Positions 8,875 through 18,743 of a stretch of DNA of 64,000 bases are shown in pieces. Origin of the DNA: an uncultured Salinivenus sp. (GTDB taxonomy: Bacteria; Bacteroidota; Rhodothermia; Rhodothermales; Salinibacteraceae). Position 1 is the stretch's first letter; each line of letters opens with the position of its first letter. The DNA lies in contig CAZCUZ010000004.1 in the NCBI GenBank assembly GCA_964502085.1, positions 278-64,277 of the forward strand, read 5' to 3'. Position numbers and translations under genes: made by a program. The notes under the pieces are model-generated. The model ran no database searches. It was not told the origin of the DNA and saw only the letters and a program-made list of their open reading frames with translations.

Positions 8875-10470
8875 TTACTGCACGTGCACGGCCCGGACCC
8901 CTTCTACGCCGTCGAGGTCGGCGATTACCGTCAGTACGTCCTCGGGGATCGTGTCGTCAACGTTGACCGCGGTGAGTGCCATCTCGCCGCGTCCCTTTCG
9001 CCCCAGAGCCAGGGCTCCGATGTTGACGTCGGCCTCGGCCAGCAGTTGGCCCACGCGGGCGAGCATGCCGGGACGGTCGATGTTCTTGTAGAAGAGCATC
9101 TCCCCGTCGGGCCGCGTTTCCAGGTCGTACTCGTTGACGCGGACGAGGCGCAGGTCGTCTCCGTTGAAGAGGGTGCCGGCCACGACGTGCTCCTGAGTCT
9201 CCGTCTCGGCGACGACCTCGATGAGTGAGGTGTAGCTGCCGCCCTCCGACTCGCGCGACTCGCGGAACCGGAGGCCGATGTCCTCGGCGAGGACGGGGGC
9301 GTTGATGAAGTTGACGGGCTCGTCGGACCACTGGTTGAGAACCCCGCGGAGCGCCGCAATAGACAGGACCTCGGCGTATCGACGAGGGGCCTCCCCGCGA
9401 CAGCGCACCGTCAGGCTCTTCACGTTCTCGTCGGCGAGCTGGTACGCAATCTGGCCGAGGCGGTCGGCGAGGCGCATGTAGGGCTGGGCCTCGTCCTCTC
9501 CGGCCATCTTCAGGGCCATGCCGTTCACCGGCGTGTCGACCGGCTTCCCGTTGAGGGCATTCACCACCTGCTTGGTAATCTGTTCGGCCACCTTGGCCTG
9601 CGCCGCGCCGGTCGTGGCGGCGATGTGAGGGGTCGCTACCACGTTGGGATGAGCGATGAGGTCGTGCAAGAACTCGGACTCGGGCGGCTCCTCGGAGTAC
9701 ACGTCGAGCGCCGCCGCGGCCACCTCGCCTTCGTTGAGGGCGTCGAGCAGGTCCTGTTCGTCGACGATGCCTCCCCGCGCGCAGTTCACGATGCGGACCT
9801 CGTCTTTGCACTGAGCCAGCTCCTCGGTCCCGATCATGCCCCGCGTCTCGTCGTTGAGGGGGGCGTGGACGGTGATAAAGTCACTCGTTTCGAGAAGTTC
9901 GTCGAGGGAGACCAGCGTCACGCCGAGTCGGTTGGCCACCTCGTCGGACACGAGCGGGTCGAAGCCCACGAGCTCCATGCCGTATCCCTGCATGCGCTCG
10001 GCCACGGCGCGTCCCACCTTGCCGATGCCCACGATGCCCAGGATTTTGTCGTGGAGCTCCGCTCCGGCAAACTTCTTCTTGTCCCAGGTGCCGCCGCGCA
10101 GCGAGTGGTTGGCCTGGGGAATGGTGCGGGCCATCGACTGGAGCATGGCACACGCGTGCTCCGCCGTGGAGATGGTGTTGCCGTCCGGCGCGTTGCACAC
10201 GAGGACGCCCCGGCGCGTGGCAGCGTCCAGGTCGATGTTGTCGACGCCTACGCCGGCCCGTCCGATGACCTCCAGGGTGTCGGCAATGTCAATGAGCTCC
10301 GGCGTGACCGTAGTGCCGCTCCGCACGATCCAGCCGTGGGCGTCCTTCAGGTGTTCTTTCAGGGTTGCCTCGTCGTATTCGAGCAGCTCGTCGATCTCCA
10401 CGTCGTGCTCGGATAAAATGTCGTGGCCGACGGGGTCGATCGGGTCGGTGATGAGGACGGTGTGGGACAT
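8875..10470 (-). CDS. serA: D-3-phosphoglycerate dehydrogenase (long form with ASB/ACT domains)
   Basis: RAGVGVDNID, GIGKVG, NCARGG, TPHIAA, C-terminal DRPGML ACT domain. Confidence 0.95.
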   Translation of the reverse strand: MSHTVLITDPIDPVGHDILSEHDVEIDELLEYDEATLKEHLKDAHGWIVRSGTTVTPELIDIADTLEVIGRAGVGVDNIDLDAATRRGVLVCNAPDGNTISTAEHACAMLQSMARTIPQANHSLRGGTWDKKKFAGAELHDKILGIVGIGKVGRAVAERMQGYGMELVGFDPLVSDEVANRLGVTLVSLDELLETSDFITVHAPLNDETRGMIGTEELAQCKDEVRIVNCARGGIVDEQDLLDALNEGEVAAAALDVYSEEPPESEFLHDLIAHPNVVATPHIAATTGAAQAKVAEQITKQVVNALNGKPVDTPVNGMALKMAGEDEAQPYMRLADRLGQIAYQLADENVKSLTVRCRGEAPRRYAEVLSIAALRGVLNQWSDEPVNFINAPVLAEDIGLRFRESRESEGGSYTSLIEVVAETETQEHVVAGTLFNGDDLRLVRVNEYDLETRPDGEMLFYKNIDRPGMLARVGQLLAEADVNIGALALGRKGRGEMALTAVNVDDTIPEDVLTVIADLDGVEGVRAVHVQ

Positions 10471-10632
10471 GAACGGAGGGATCTTTTCGAGCAAACGATT
10501 CGGAGAGCAACAACGCTACAACTAAGGCGACGGCGGTTTTGAATTGCAGGAAGGCCCCGTAAAAAAGCGGCTAAGTCTTTCGGGAGGGGAACAGGAGGAG
10601 GGGCGAGAGGGGGAGAGGCGAGGGGAGGAGCC

Positions 10633-11220
10633 TCAATTCTCCAGACGCTCCTGGATCCAGCGGCGGAGGGCGCCGATGCCACGGCCGGTGTTGGCGGAGG
10701 TCAGTACGACCGGACGGTCGATCTTCATGTCGTTCAGACACGTGTCCATCCGCTGCTGGGCCTGCGCGCGGCCGTTGCCGGACAGCTTGTCGACCTTCGT
10801 GAGGGCCAAAAGGTGAGGGTGCCCCGCGTCGTCGAGGCGCTCGATCAGGGCCGTGTCGTCGTCGGTGGGCGGGTGGCGGCTGTCGATGAGGTGCACGACG
10901 CCCCGGAGCGTCTCTCGCTCGGCCAGGTAGCGCTCCTGAAGCTGTGCCCATTCGGCCCGAGCCGACCGCGGGGCCTTCGCGTAGCCGTATCCGGGCAGAT
11001 CGACGGCGTAGAAGCGATCGTCGACCAGAAAATAATTTAGCTGCTGGGTCTTGCCCGGGGTTTTGCTCGTGTACGCCAGGTTTTTGCGGTGCAAGAGTGC
11101 ATTCAGCAGGGAGCTCTTTCCCACGTTCGAGCGCCCCACGAAGGCGATTTCGGGACGATTGTCCGCCGGAAGCTGATCCCACTGTGCGGCCCCGATGACG
11201 AATGTGGCGGTGTCGAGCAT
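10633..11220 (-). CDS. engB: Ribosome biogenesis GTPase YihA/EngB
   Basis: GRSNVGKSS, SKTPGKT, DLPGYGY, TKVD. Confidence 0.95.
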   Translation of the reverse strand: MLDTATFVIGAAQWDQLPADNRPEIAFVGRSNVGKSSLLNALLHRKNLAYTSKTPGKTQQLNYFLVDDRFYAVDLPGYGYAKAPRSARAEWAQLQERYLAERETLRGVVHLIDSRHPPTDDDTALIERLDDAGHPHLLALTKVDKLSGNGRAQAQQRMDTCLNDMKIDRPVVLTSANTGRGIGALRRWIQERLEN

Positions 11221-11287
11221 GGGTCGAGAGGCGAAGAGGGAGAAAAGAAGGGGTCTGGTGGGACGCGGGACCGGAGCGAGCGGTCCC

Positions 11288-11328
11288 GAAAACAAAAACG
11301 CCGCCCTCTCCAGGAGAGAAGGCGGCGT
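11288..11328 (-). terminator. Intrinsic terminator downstream of sucD
   Basis: ACGCCGCC...GGCGGCGT stem followed on the minus strand by a T-rich run (TTTTGTTTT). Confidence 0.65.
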
Positions 11329-11367
11329 CTGGAGTCGTGTTCAGGGAGGAACGCTCTCTACGCCCGC

Positions 11368-12237
11368 TCATCCCATCACGTCCTTAACCGTTTCGCCGAT
11401 GAGAGCGGGATTCTTGACGACCGTCGCGCCCGCCGACTCGAGGGCGTCAAACTTGGCTTCGGCCGTGCCGGAGCCGCCGGACACGATGGCGCCCGCGTGG
11501 CCCATCCGACGGCCCGGAGGCGCGGTCCGACCGGCGATGAACCCGAAGACCGGCTTGCTCATGTGGTCGCGAATGTACTTCGCCGCCTCTTGCTCGTCGG
11601 AACCGCCGATCTCTCCGATGAGAACGACGCCGTCGGTGTCCGGGTCCTCTTCAAACATCTGGAGGGTGTCGACGAAACGCGTACCGATGACTGGATCTCC
11701 GCCAATCCCGACGGCCGTGCTCTGGCCGTATCCGGCCCGGGTGAGTTGGTCGACCGCTTCGTAGGTGAGCGTGCCCGAGCGGGAGATGAGGCCGATCGAG
11801 CCCGGCTCAAAGATCATGGCCGGCATGATGCCGACCTTGGCCTCGCCGGGCGTAATGGCCCCGGGGCAATTCGGTCCGATGAGGTGGGCACCCTTCTTTT
11901 TGACGTAGTGGTACGTCGGCTTCATGTCCGCCTGGGGAATGCCCTCCGTAATGCAGATGATGACCTCGACGCCGGCGTCGGCCGCCTCCTGAATGGCGTC
12001 AGCCGCGAAGGGAGGAGGCACGAAAATGATGGAGGTATTTGCGTTTTCCTCCCCCACGGCCTCGGCGACCGTGTCGTACACGGGCCGGTCGAGGTGCGTC
12101 TGCCCGCCCTTTCCGGGCGTGACGCCGGCCACCACGTTGGTACCGTAGTCGATCATCTGCTCGGCGTGGAACGAGCCTTCCGAGCCGGTGAGGCCCTGGA
12201 CGACCACGCGCGTGTCATTGTCGACGAGAATGCTCAT
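11368..12237 (-). CDS. sucD: Succinyl-CoA synthetase alpha subunit
   Basis: [31 protein letters not shown]. Confidence 0.97.
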   Translation of the reverse strand: MSILVDNDTRVVVQGLTGSEGSFHAEQMIDYGTNVVAGVTPGKGGQTHLDRPVYDTVAEAVGEENANTSIIFVPPPFAADAIQEAADAGVEVIICITEGIPQADMKPTYHYVKKKGAHLIGPNCPGAITPGEAKVGIMPAMIFEPGSIGLISRSGTLTYEAVDQLTRAGYGQSTAVGIGGDPVIGTRFVDTLQMFEEDPDTDGVVLIGEIGGSDEQEAAKYIRDHMSKPVFGFIAGRTAPPGRRMGHAGAIVSGGSGTAEAKFDALESAGATVVKNPALIGETVKDVMG

Positions 12238-12390
12238 GCGATTTTGGAGTTATGATTTGGAATTTCGGATTGAGGCGGCGGTCGAATGCAGCCACCGGAA
12301 TGACCCCATCGGTTTCCAGCAGACCCGGACAGTCATCACCAATATGAACGAACCACGATCCAAAATCGAAAATCCACAATCTAAAATTCG
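12238..12390. repeat. Inverted clusters of 7-nt repeats between gatA and sucD
   Basis: ATTTTGG/ATTTGGA/ATTTCGG on the left; AAAATCG AAAATCC ACAATCT AAAATTC on the right. Confidence 0.7.
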
Positions 12391-13928
12391 GTGATGGCGT
12401 CGCCGACCTGGAGCAGCACAGCCTCGTCGAAGTGGGGACCGAGGAGCTGGAGCCCCACTGGGAGATCTGATTTCTCGGGGTGCGTGCCGAGGGGGACGGA
12501 CAGGCCGGGAATTCCGGCGAGATTGGCCGTGACGGTGTAGATGTCGTTGAGGTACATCTCCAGCGGGTCGTCGGTCTTTTCCCCGAGTTCGAAAGGCGGG
12601 GTCGGCGTCGTGGGCGTGACGAGCACGTCGACGTCCTCAAAGGCCTGGTCGAAGTCGTGACGAATGAGGGTGCGGACGCGCTGAGCCTTCTCGTAGTACT
12701 TGTCGTAGTAGCCGGCCGACAGGGCGTAGGTCCCCAGCATGATGCGGCGTTTGACCTCGTCCCCGAAGCCTTCGCTGCGGGTGCGGGTATAGAGCGCGTC
12801 GAGGGCACTCTCCTCGTCGTCGAGCTGCTCCTCGAGAGCGGCAACCCGTTCGTCGTCGCCCTGCGTTCGAGCGGCGGACAGCTGATCCTTGAGGTCGGAC
12901 CGACGCTCGCGAATGTCCTGTTTAACGTCCTCCAGGTCGGCCCGGTGGCCGTAGCGAATGCCGTCGTAGCGCGCGAGGTTGCTGGACGCCTCGGCGGTAG
13001 CGAGGAGGTAGTACGTGGCGATGCCGTACTCGGTGTGAGGGAGCGATACCTCCTCGACCGTAGCCCCGTTCTCCTCGAGCGTTTCCACCCGGTCGTGCAC
13101 CATGTCGCGAATGTGGGGATCGAGGCCCTCCGTGAAGTACTCCTCCGGAAGACCGATGCGCAGGCCCTCCACCTCGCCCGTGAGGGCCTCCGTGTAGTCC
13201 GGGACCTCGACGGGGGCGCTCGTCGAGTCGTTCGGGTCCTCCCCTGCGATGATGTTGAGGAGAGTGGCCACGTCCTCGACGCTGTTGGCGAGCGGCCCGA
13301 TGACGTCGAGCGAGGAGGCGTAGGCCACGAGGCCGGACCGGCTCACGCGCCCGTACGTGGGCTTGAGGCCCACGACCCCGCAGAAAGCAGACGGCTGGCG
13401 CACTGATCCGCCGGTGTCACTGCCGAGCGCGGCGTGGCACATGCCCGCCGCCACCGCCGCGGCCGACCCGCCCGACGACCCGCCCGGCACGTACTCCGGG
13501 TTGTGGGGGTTGCGCACCGGGCCGAAGTGGGACGTCTCGTTCGACGAGCCCATCGCGAACTCGTCGCAGTTCGTCTTTCCGATGAAGACGGCCCCGGCGT
13601 CCCGCAGGCGCTCGATCACCGTGGCGTCGTAGAGCGACGAGAAATCCTTCAGCATCCGTGAGCCGCAGGTGACCGGGTAGCCACGAATGCAGATGTTGTC
13701 CTTGACGGCGAGGACGAGGCCGGAGAGAGGACGCGCATTGCCGCGCTCACGCTGGCTGTCGAGGTACCGGGCGTGGTTGAGAGCACCGTCGCGGTCGACA
13801 GTCGTAAAGGCGTTAAGCTCGTCGTTTCTATCGTCGATGCGCTCCAAAAACGACGAGACCAGCTCCTCGCAACTGGTCTCACCGGCTTCGAGGGCCCGGT
13901 GGGCCTCAGCAAACGTCGGGTGGTCCAT
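12381..13928 (-). CDS. gatA: Asp/Glu-tRNA amidotransferase subunit A
   Basis: KDNI, GGSSGGS, GSDTGGSVRQP, SSNLARYDG, RRIMLGTYALSAGYYD. Confidence 0.96.
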   Translation of the reverse strand: MDHPTFAEAHRALEAGETSCEELVSSFLERIDDRNDELNAFTTVDRDGALNHARYLDSQRERGNARPLSGLVLAVKDNICIRGYPVTCGSRMLKDFSSLYDATVIERLRDAGAVFIGKTNCDEFAMGSSNETSHFGPVRNPHNPEYVPGGSSGGSAAAVAAGMCHAALGSDTGGSVRQPSAFCGVVGLKPTYGRVSRSGLVAYASSLDVIGPLANSVEDVATLLNIIAGEDPNDSTSAPVEVPDYTEALTGEVEGLRIGLPEEYFTEGLDPHIRDMVHDRVETLEENGATVEEVSLPHTEYGIATYYLLATAEASSNLARYDGIRYGHRADLEDVKQDIRERRSDLKDQLSAARTQGDDERVAALEEQLDDEESALDALYTRTRSEGFGDEVKRRIMLGTYALSAGYYDKYYEKAQRVRTLIRHDFDQAFEDVDVLVTPTTPTPPFELGEKTDDPLEMYLNDIYTVTANLAGIPGLSVPLGTHPEKSDLPVGLQLLGPHFDEAVLLQVGDAITEF

Positions 13929-13994
13929 GCTTGCGGACGGATCTTCGCAGAACAGAGAAACGGAGAGGGGAGAAGAACAGCGGAAGATTGTCGA

Positions 13995-14333
13995 CTAGGA
14001 CGACGCTTTCTGCTTGTCTTCTTCTTCGGAAACGGAGTCCTCGGACGGAGCGGGCTCCGCAGACGACTCCTGTTCCGGCGGCGTCTGTTGCTGGGACGGC
14101 TGCTGCTGAGACTGGCGCGCCTGGGGCTGTCCCTGCTGGGGGGACTGCGGCTGGTTGATCTGGGGGTTTTGTGCCTCCGATTCGATTTCGCGCGAGATTT
14201 CGCTCGTGGCATCCTTGAACTCTCGGATGCCCTTGCCGATGCCACGCGCAATCTCCGGAATGCGCTTGGCACCGAAGATCAGGAGCACCACCAGAAAAAT
14301 GAGAATAATTTCGAGGGGTCCGAAGCTACCCAT
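13995..14333 (-). CDS. tatA: Twin-arginine translocase TatA/E with Q/acidic tail
   Basis: GPLEIILIFLVVLLIFGAKRIPEIARGIGKGIREFK. Confidence 0.93.
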   Translation of the reverse strand: MGSFGPLEIILIFLVVLLIFGAKRIPEIARGIGKGIREFKDATSEISREIESEAQNPQINQPQSPQQGQPQARQSQQQPSQQQTPPEQESSAEPAPSEDSVSEEEDKQKASS

Positions 14334-14815
14334 GGCCGGAAGGGGGCAGGTGAGAAAAAAACGTACAGGGACGAAACTCGCCCGGGACGGGGGCGAGGGG
14401 CGCACCTCGTCCTCGAAATCGTCGGGAGACGACACGCCCATTTACTCCAGAAAGCCTACCGGCGCCAAGGAGGGCGGTTCCACCGTCTCCGCCTCCTTGC
14501 ACGGCAATTGCAGCTTGGGGATGGTAGTCAACGGAGGTCCTTGTTCGAGACAAATACGTTCGTGGGTCCATGCGCCCGTTCTCCCCTGGTTTCCTGGTGA
14601 TATCCCCGACGAAAGGCAAGTGAGCTTCGACACGCTCGACTGAGATTCTAATACGCGATTGCTCTACGCCCCCGTGCCATGGAATGGATCTTCCTGAAAC
14701 AGCCCACTAGGCGGTCGTGTTGTCTTGGAAAACTTTGGCGAGATTTGTGGCGGTCTCCCCCTGAGGAGCACCGGCTCGCCCCGAGTTGTGTTGTTGCATT
14801 GACGGCGTTTTTGTT

Positions 14816-15901
14816 ATGGCTTCCGAAACAGCGACGGATACCCCTTCTCTTACCCGCGAGGACATCCACGCCTGGCCCAAGGCGGAACTGCACTGTCACC
14901 TGGACGGATCGATGCGGCTGGAGACGATGCTCGACCTCGCGGAGGTGCAGGGCAAGATGGACGTTTTGCCGGCCGACAGTGGGGAGGGGCTTCGGGAGGA
15001 ACTGCGGGCCGTCGAGGAGTCCGAGTCGCTTGAGGCCTATCTCGCCTGGTTTCAGTACGCGCTTCCGCTGCTGCAAACGAAAGATGCCCTCAGCCGGGTT
15101 GCCTACGAGCTGGCGGCGGACAACGCCGAGGAAAACGTCCGGTATCTGGAGGTCCGATATTCCCCCATTCTCCACGTCGAAGAGGACCTGACGCTGGAGG
15201 AGGTGAACGACGCGGTGCTCGACGGCCTCACGCGAGCCGAGTCGGATCTGAACATCCGCACGTCGCTCATCATCTGCGGCCTGCGGGACCGGTTTGAAAG
15301 TGCCTCCATGCGCCTCGCCGAGATGGCGGTGGAGCACAATCACGAGGGCATCGTGGCCTTCGACCTGGCGGGGGGGGAAGCCGGCAATCCGCCGAAGGGG
15401 CACCTGCATGCCTTCTACCATGCGCGCAACAACCTGCTCAATCTCACGATCCACGCCGGGGAGGCCTGGGGGCCCGATTCGATCCGACAGGCGCTCTTCT
15501 ACTGCGGCGCCCACCGCATCGGGCACGGCATCTCGCTGCGCAAGGACCCGGAGCTCATGCAGTACTTTGCGGACCACCGAATTCCCCTCGAAATCTGCCC
15601 GTCGAGCAACGTGCACACGCAGGCCGTGCCGAGCCTGGAGGCGCATCCCATTGAAACGTACGTGCGGTCCAACATTCCGGTCACCGTCAACACCGACAAT
15701 CGACTCTTCAGCCGCACGTCGGTCACGGAGGAGCTCTGGCGCGTGTATCAGCACTGCAATCTCGAGGCGGCCGACCTCCGCGAAATTGCCCTGAACGGCT
15801 TCCGCTACGCCTTCCTCCCGTATCGACAGAAGCAGTCGCTGCTTCGCACCGTGACGCAGGACTTCCCGATAGCCGCGACGGACGAGACGCCGCTCTGGTA
15901 A
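14816..15901 (+). CDS. add: Adenosine deaminase
   Basis: PKAELHCHLDGS, TIHAGE, RIGHG, CPSSN, NTDN. Confidence 0.9.
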   Translation: MASETATDTPSLTREDIHAWPKAELHCHLDGSMRLETMLDLAEVQGKMDVLPADSGEGLREELRAVEESESLEAYLAWFQYALPLLQTKDALSRVAYELAADNAEENVRYLEVRYSPILHVEEDLTLEEVNDAVLDGLTRAESDLNIRTSLIICGLRDRFESASMRLAEMAVEHNHEGIVAFDLAGGEAGNPPKGHLHAFYHARNNLLNLTIHAGEAWGPDSIRQALFYCGAHRIGHGISLRKDPELMQYFADHRIPLEICPSSNVHTQAVPSLEAHPIETYVRSNIPVTVNTDNRLFSRTSVTEELWRVYQHCNLEAADLREIALNGFRYAFLPYRQKQSLLRTVTQDFPIAATDETPLW

Positions 15902-16183
15902 GGACGAGACTGGGCGTGGGAGTTGAGAGCGCGGGAGGGAAGTGGGGCCGAACGGATTGAGGCAGTCAAAGCCTTGCCTCACCCGCGCTCCCATGCTCCC
16001 TCTCTCCCAGGCGTTCCTGGCGACCTCTGCAATAAGAGACAGGTGAGCTTCCCTGCGCCAGATCGAGTGTTTAACATACGATCGCTCTGGGGGACCTTAT
16101 CGGGGCGTGGATCCTCGGCGTCGTGTTCGCTATCATGAGGCCGCACCCTTCGAACCCACCGTTGTCCTTCGACCTCGCTTTCT

Positions 16184-17473
16184 ATGATTCAGACCGTCCG
16201 TCAGGCCTCCTCGCTGCGCGGCTCCGTCTCGCTTCCCGCCGACAAGTCGATTGCTCACCGATCGGCCATTCTCTCTGCTCTCGGGAGTGGAACCTCTCGG
16301 ATCTATAACTTCCCGGACTCCGCCGATCCCCAGTCGACGCTCGACTGTGTTCGTGCGCTCGGCATCTCGGCCGAGCGGGACGCCGACGGGGTGCTCGCGG
16401 TGGACGGGCGCGGAGTGAACGGGCTTCGGCCGCCGGCCGAACCGCTGGACTGCGGGAACTCGGGCACGACGATGCGGCTGTTGTCGGGGGTGCTGGCCGG
16501 GCAACAGTTCGGCTCTGTGTTGACGGGCGACGAGTCGCTGCAGCAGCGGCCCATGGAGCGCATCGCCGATCCCCTCAACGCCATGGGCGCCCGGATTTCG
16601 CTGGTCGACGGGCACGCCCCAATCCGCATCCGCGCCGCAACGTCGGGGCTCGACCCCCTCGAGTACCGCCTGCCGGTGGCGTCGGCCCAGGTCAAGTCCT
16701 GCGTCCTGCTGGCGGGACTCTATACGAAAGGGGAGACCGTCGTTCTGGAACCGACGCCCTCCCGCGACCACACCGAGCGGATGCTCGGGCTGGAGGTGCA
16801 GGAGGTGGGAGGCATTCGGCGGCTGGTGGTAGAAGAGGACCATGTGATTCCAGCCACGGAGTGGACGGTGCCGGGCGATTTTTCGGGAGCGTCCTTCTTT
16901 CTCGTGGCGGGCTCGCTGGTCCCGGACAGCGAATTGCAACTGGAGGGTGTGGGGCTCAACCCCTCGCGGACGGCGCTGCTGGAGGTGCTGGAGGGAATGG
17001 GGGCCGACGTCACCGTCGAGAACGAGCGCGTGCAGGGGGCCGAGCCGGTCGGGGACGTGACCGTGCGCAGCGCGTCGCTCACGGGAGTGGACGTGGGCGG
17101 CCGTCTCATTCCCAACCTCATCGACGAGATTCCCGTGCTGGCCGTGGCGGCGGCCTGTGCCGAGGGCCGCACCGAGATTCGGGACGCCGAGGAGCTTCGC
17201 GTGAAGGAGACCGATCGGCTCCACGCCATGGCCGAAAACCTGAACGCCCTCGGCGCCGAGGTGCAGGAGCGCGAGGACGGCCTCGTCATCGAGGGCAACG
17301 GGCCCAACCTGCTGGGGACGACCGTGCGCAGCTACGACGACCACAGAATTGCGATGGCGATGGGCGTGGCCGGCCTCGTGGCCTACGGCTCCACCACCGT
17401 CAACGACGCCGAGTGCGCCCGCGTGTCCTTTCCGGGCTTCTGGACGGAGCTGGAGCGCGTGGCGTCGTTTTGA
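16184..17473 (+). CDS. aroA: EPSP synthase
   Basis: DKSIAHR, GNSGTTMRL, ASAQVKS, RVKETDR, DDHRIAM. Confidence 0.97.
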   Translation: MIQTVRQASSLRGSVSLPADKSIAHRSAILSALGSGTSRIYNFPDSADPQSTLDCVRALGISAERDADGVLAVDGRGVNGLRPPAEPLDCGNSGTTMRLLSGVLAGQQFGSVLTGDESLQQRPMERIADPLNAMGARISLVDGHAPIRIRAATSGLDPLEYRLPVASAQVKSCVLLAGLYTKGETVVLEPTPSRDHTERMLGLEVQEVGGIRRLVVEEDHVIPATEWTVPGDFSGASFFLVAGSLVPDSELQLEGVGLNPSRTALLEVLEGMGADVTVENERVQGAEPVGDVTVRSASLTGVDVGGRLIPNLIDEIPVLAVAAACAEGRTEIRDAEELRVKETDRLHAMAENLNALGAEVQEREDGLVIEGNGPNLLGTTVRSYDDHRIAMAMGVAGLVAYGSTTVNDAECARVSFPGFWTELERVASF

Positions 17474-17533
17474 AGGAACACTACCGGATCTTGAGAAGAC
17501 GCCCGTTCTGGCCCCAGTCCTTATTCATGAGAC

Positions 17534-18472
17534 TTATTGATTCTTCTCGTCCGGCAGCAACAGCGATTTGCCGAAGCTCTTGAGCGTGAAGACGGGGCAG
17601 GGGGCGCGGCGCACGACCTTCTCGGCCACGCTCCCAATCAGAAAGCGCTCCAGACCGGTGCGGCCGTGCGTGGCCATCACGATGAGGTCGGCCTCCTGCT
17701 CGTCCGCAAATTCGACGATGTCGCGGGCGGCGTTTCCGGCGAGGACGTGCACGTTGATCGGATCGGTGCGCAGATCGAGCCGGCCGGCCAGCGTCTCCAG
17801 GGCCTCGCGCGCCCGATCCTGGACGTTCGGGAGGGAGGGGGCGAGTGGGTCGAGGCCGTAGGCACTCGGGTACGCCGCTTCCTCGACCACGTGGAGCAGG
17901 TCGAGCGGGGCAGCGTACGCGTCGGCGAGCGCCGCGGCGTGGTTGACCACCAGGTCCGATTGCTCGGAGAGGTCAACTGGAGCGAGCACCCGGGAAATGG
18001 TGGGGACGGTCTCCTCCTCTTGGGAGGGAAGGACCGTAAACACCGGACAGGGAGCCCGCCGAACGACTTCTTCGGAGACGCTTCCGCTCAGGAGGCGATC
18101 CATTCCCTGCCGTCCGTGTGTTCCCATGACCACCAGGTCCACATTCTTGTCGCTCGCGTACTCGATGATGGCCTCGGCGGGGGTGGTGCTGTCCATCTGG
18201 GTGTACACGACCGGCACGGTGCCCCGCTCCTGGGTGGCCGTCTGTACGTCCACGTGCTGAACGGCCGTGTCGTCCACGTCGGTGCCGTCGGTCGGCTCGA
18301 CGGGGAGGAAGTCCATGGGATTGGACGCATCGTCCGCGTCGGGCGAGACGACGTTGAAGACGTGGATCGTCGCGTGGTAGCGGAGGGCCAAGTGGGCGGC
18401 GTGGGCGAATGCCCCCTCCGCCACGTCCGAGAAGTCCGTGGGAAAGAGAATGGTGTCAATGTTCAGAGACAT
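17534..18472 (-). CDS. Tandem-domain universal stress protein
   Basis: Two USP domains: PTDFS...MGTHGR...GSVSEEVVRRAPCPV and PVDLS...MATHGR...GSVAEKVVRRAPCPV. Confidence 0.92.
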   Translation of the reverse strand: MSLNIDTILFPTDFSDVAEGAFAHAAHLALRYHATIHVFNVVSPDADDASNPMDFLPVEPTDGTDVDDTAVQHVDVQTATQERGTVPVVYTQMDSTTPAEAIIEYASDKNVDLVVMGTHGRQGMDRLLSGSVSEEVVRRAPCPVFTVLPSQEEETVPTISRVLAPVDLSEQSDLVVNHAAALADAYAAPLDLLHVVEEAAYPSAYGLDPLAPSLPNVQDRAREALETLAGRLDLRTDPINVHVLAGNAARDIVEFADEQEADLIVMATHGRTGLERFLIGSVAEKVVRRAPCPVFTLKSFGKSLLLPDEKNQ

Positions 18473-18743
18473 GGAGGCGAGGGGCATTGGTGAGGACAGT
18501 CGTGAGGAGGAGCGCCGACCCAGTCCGGGCCCCTTTTCCGTGAGTCCGTACAGAATAAGAGGTGCACCGCAGAAGACAAAGGGGACCGGGAAAATTGGAC
18601 ATTCCTCTCGACGGGGGGCGGGGCCCCACACCAACTTCGATGGACTTTCTACAGTCTGAATCGAAAAAGGGATGGACGCAGACGTGTGCTTCCCTTAGGT
18701 TATCACGTGCATGCGACTTTTGTCAGAACGACCTCTACTTTTT

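Noticed and set aside
10522-10575. Segment between two CTAAG sites as another MITE
   Set aside because: No terminal inverted repeat.
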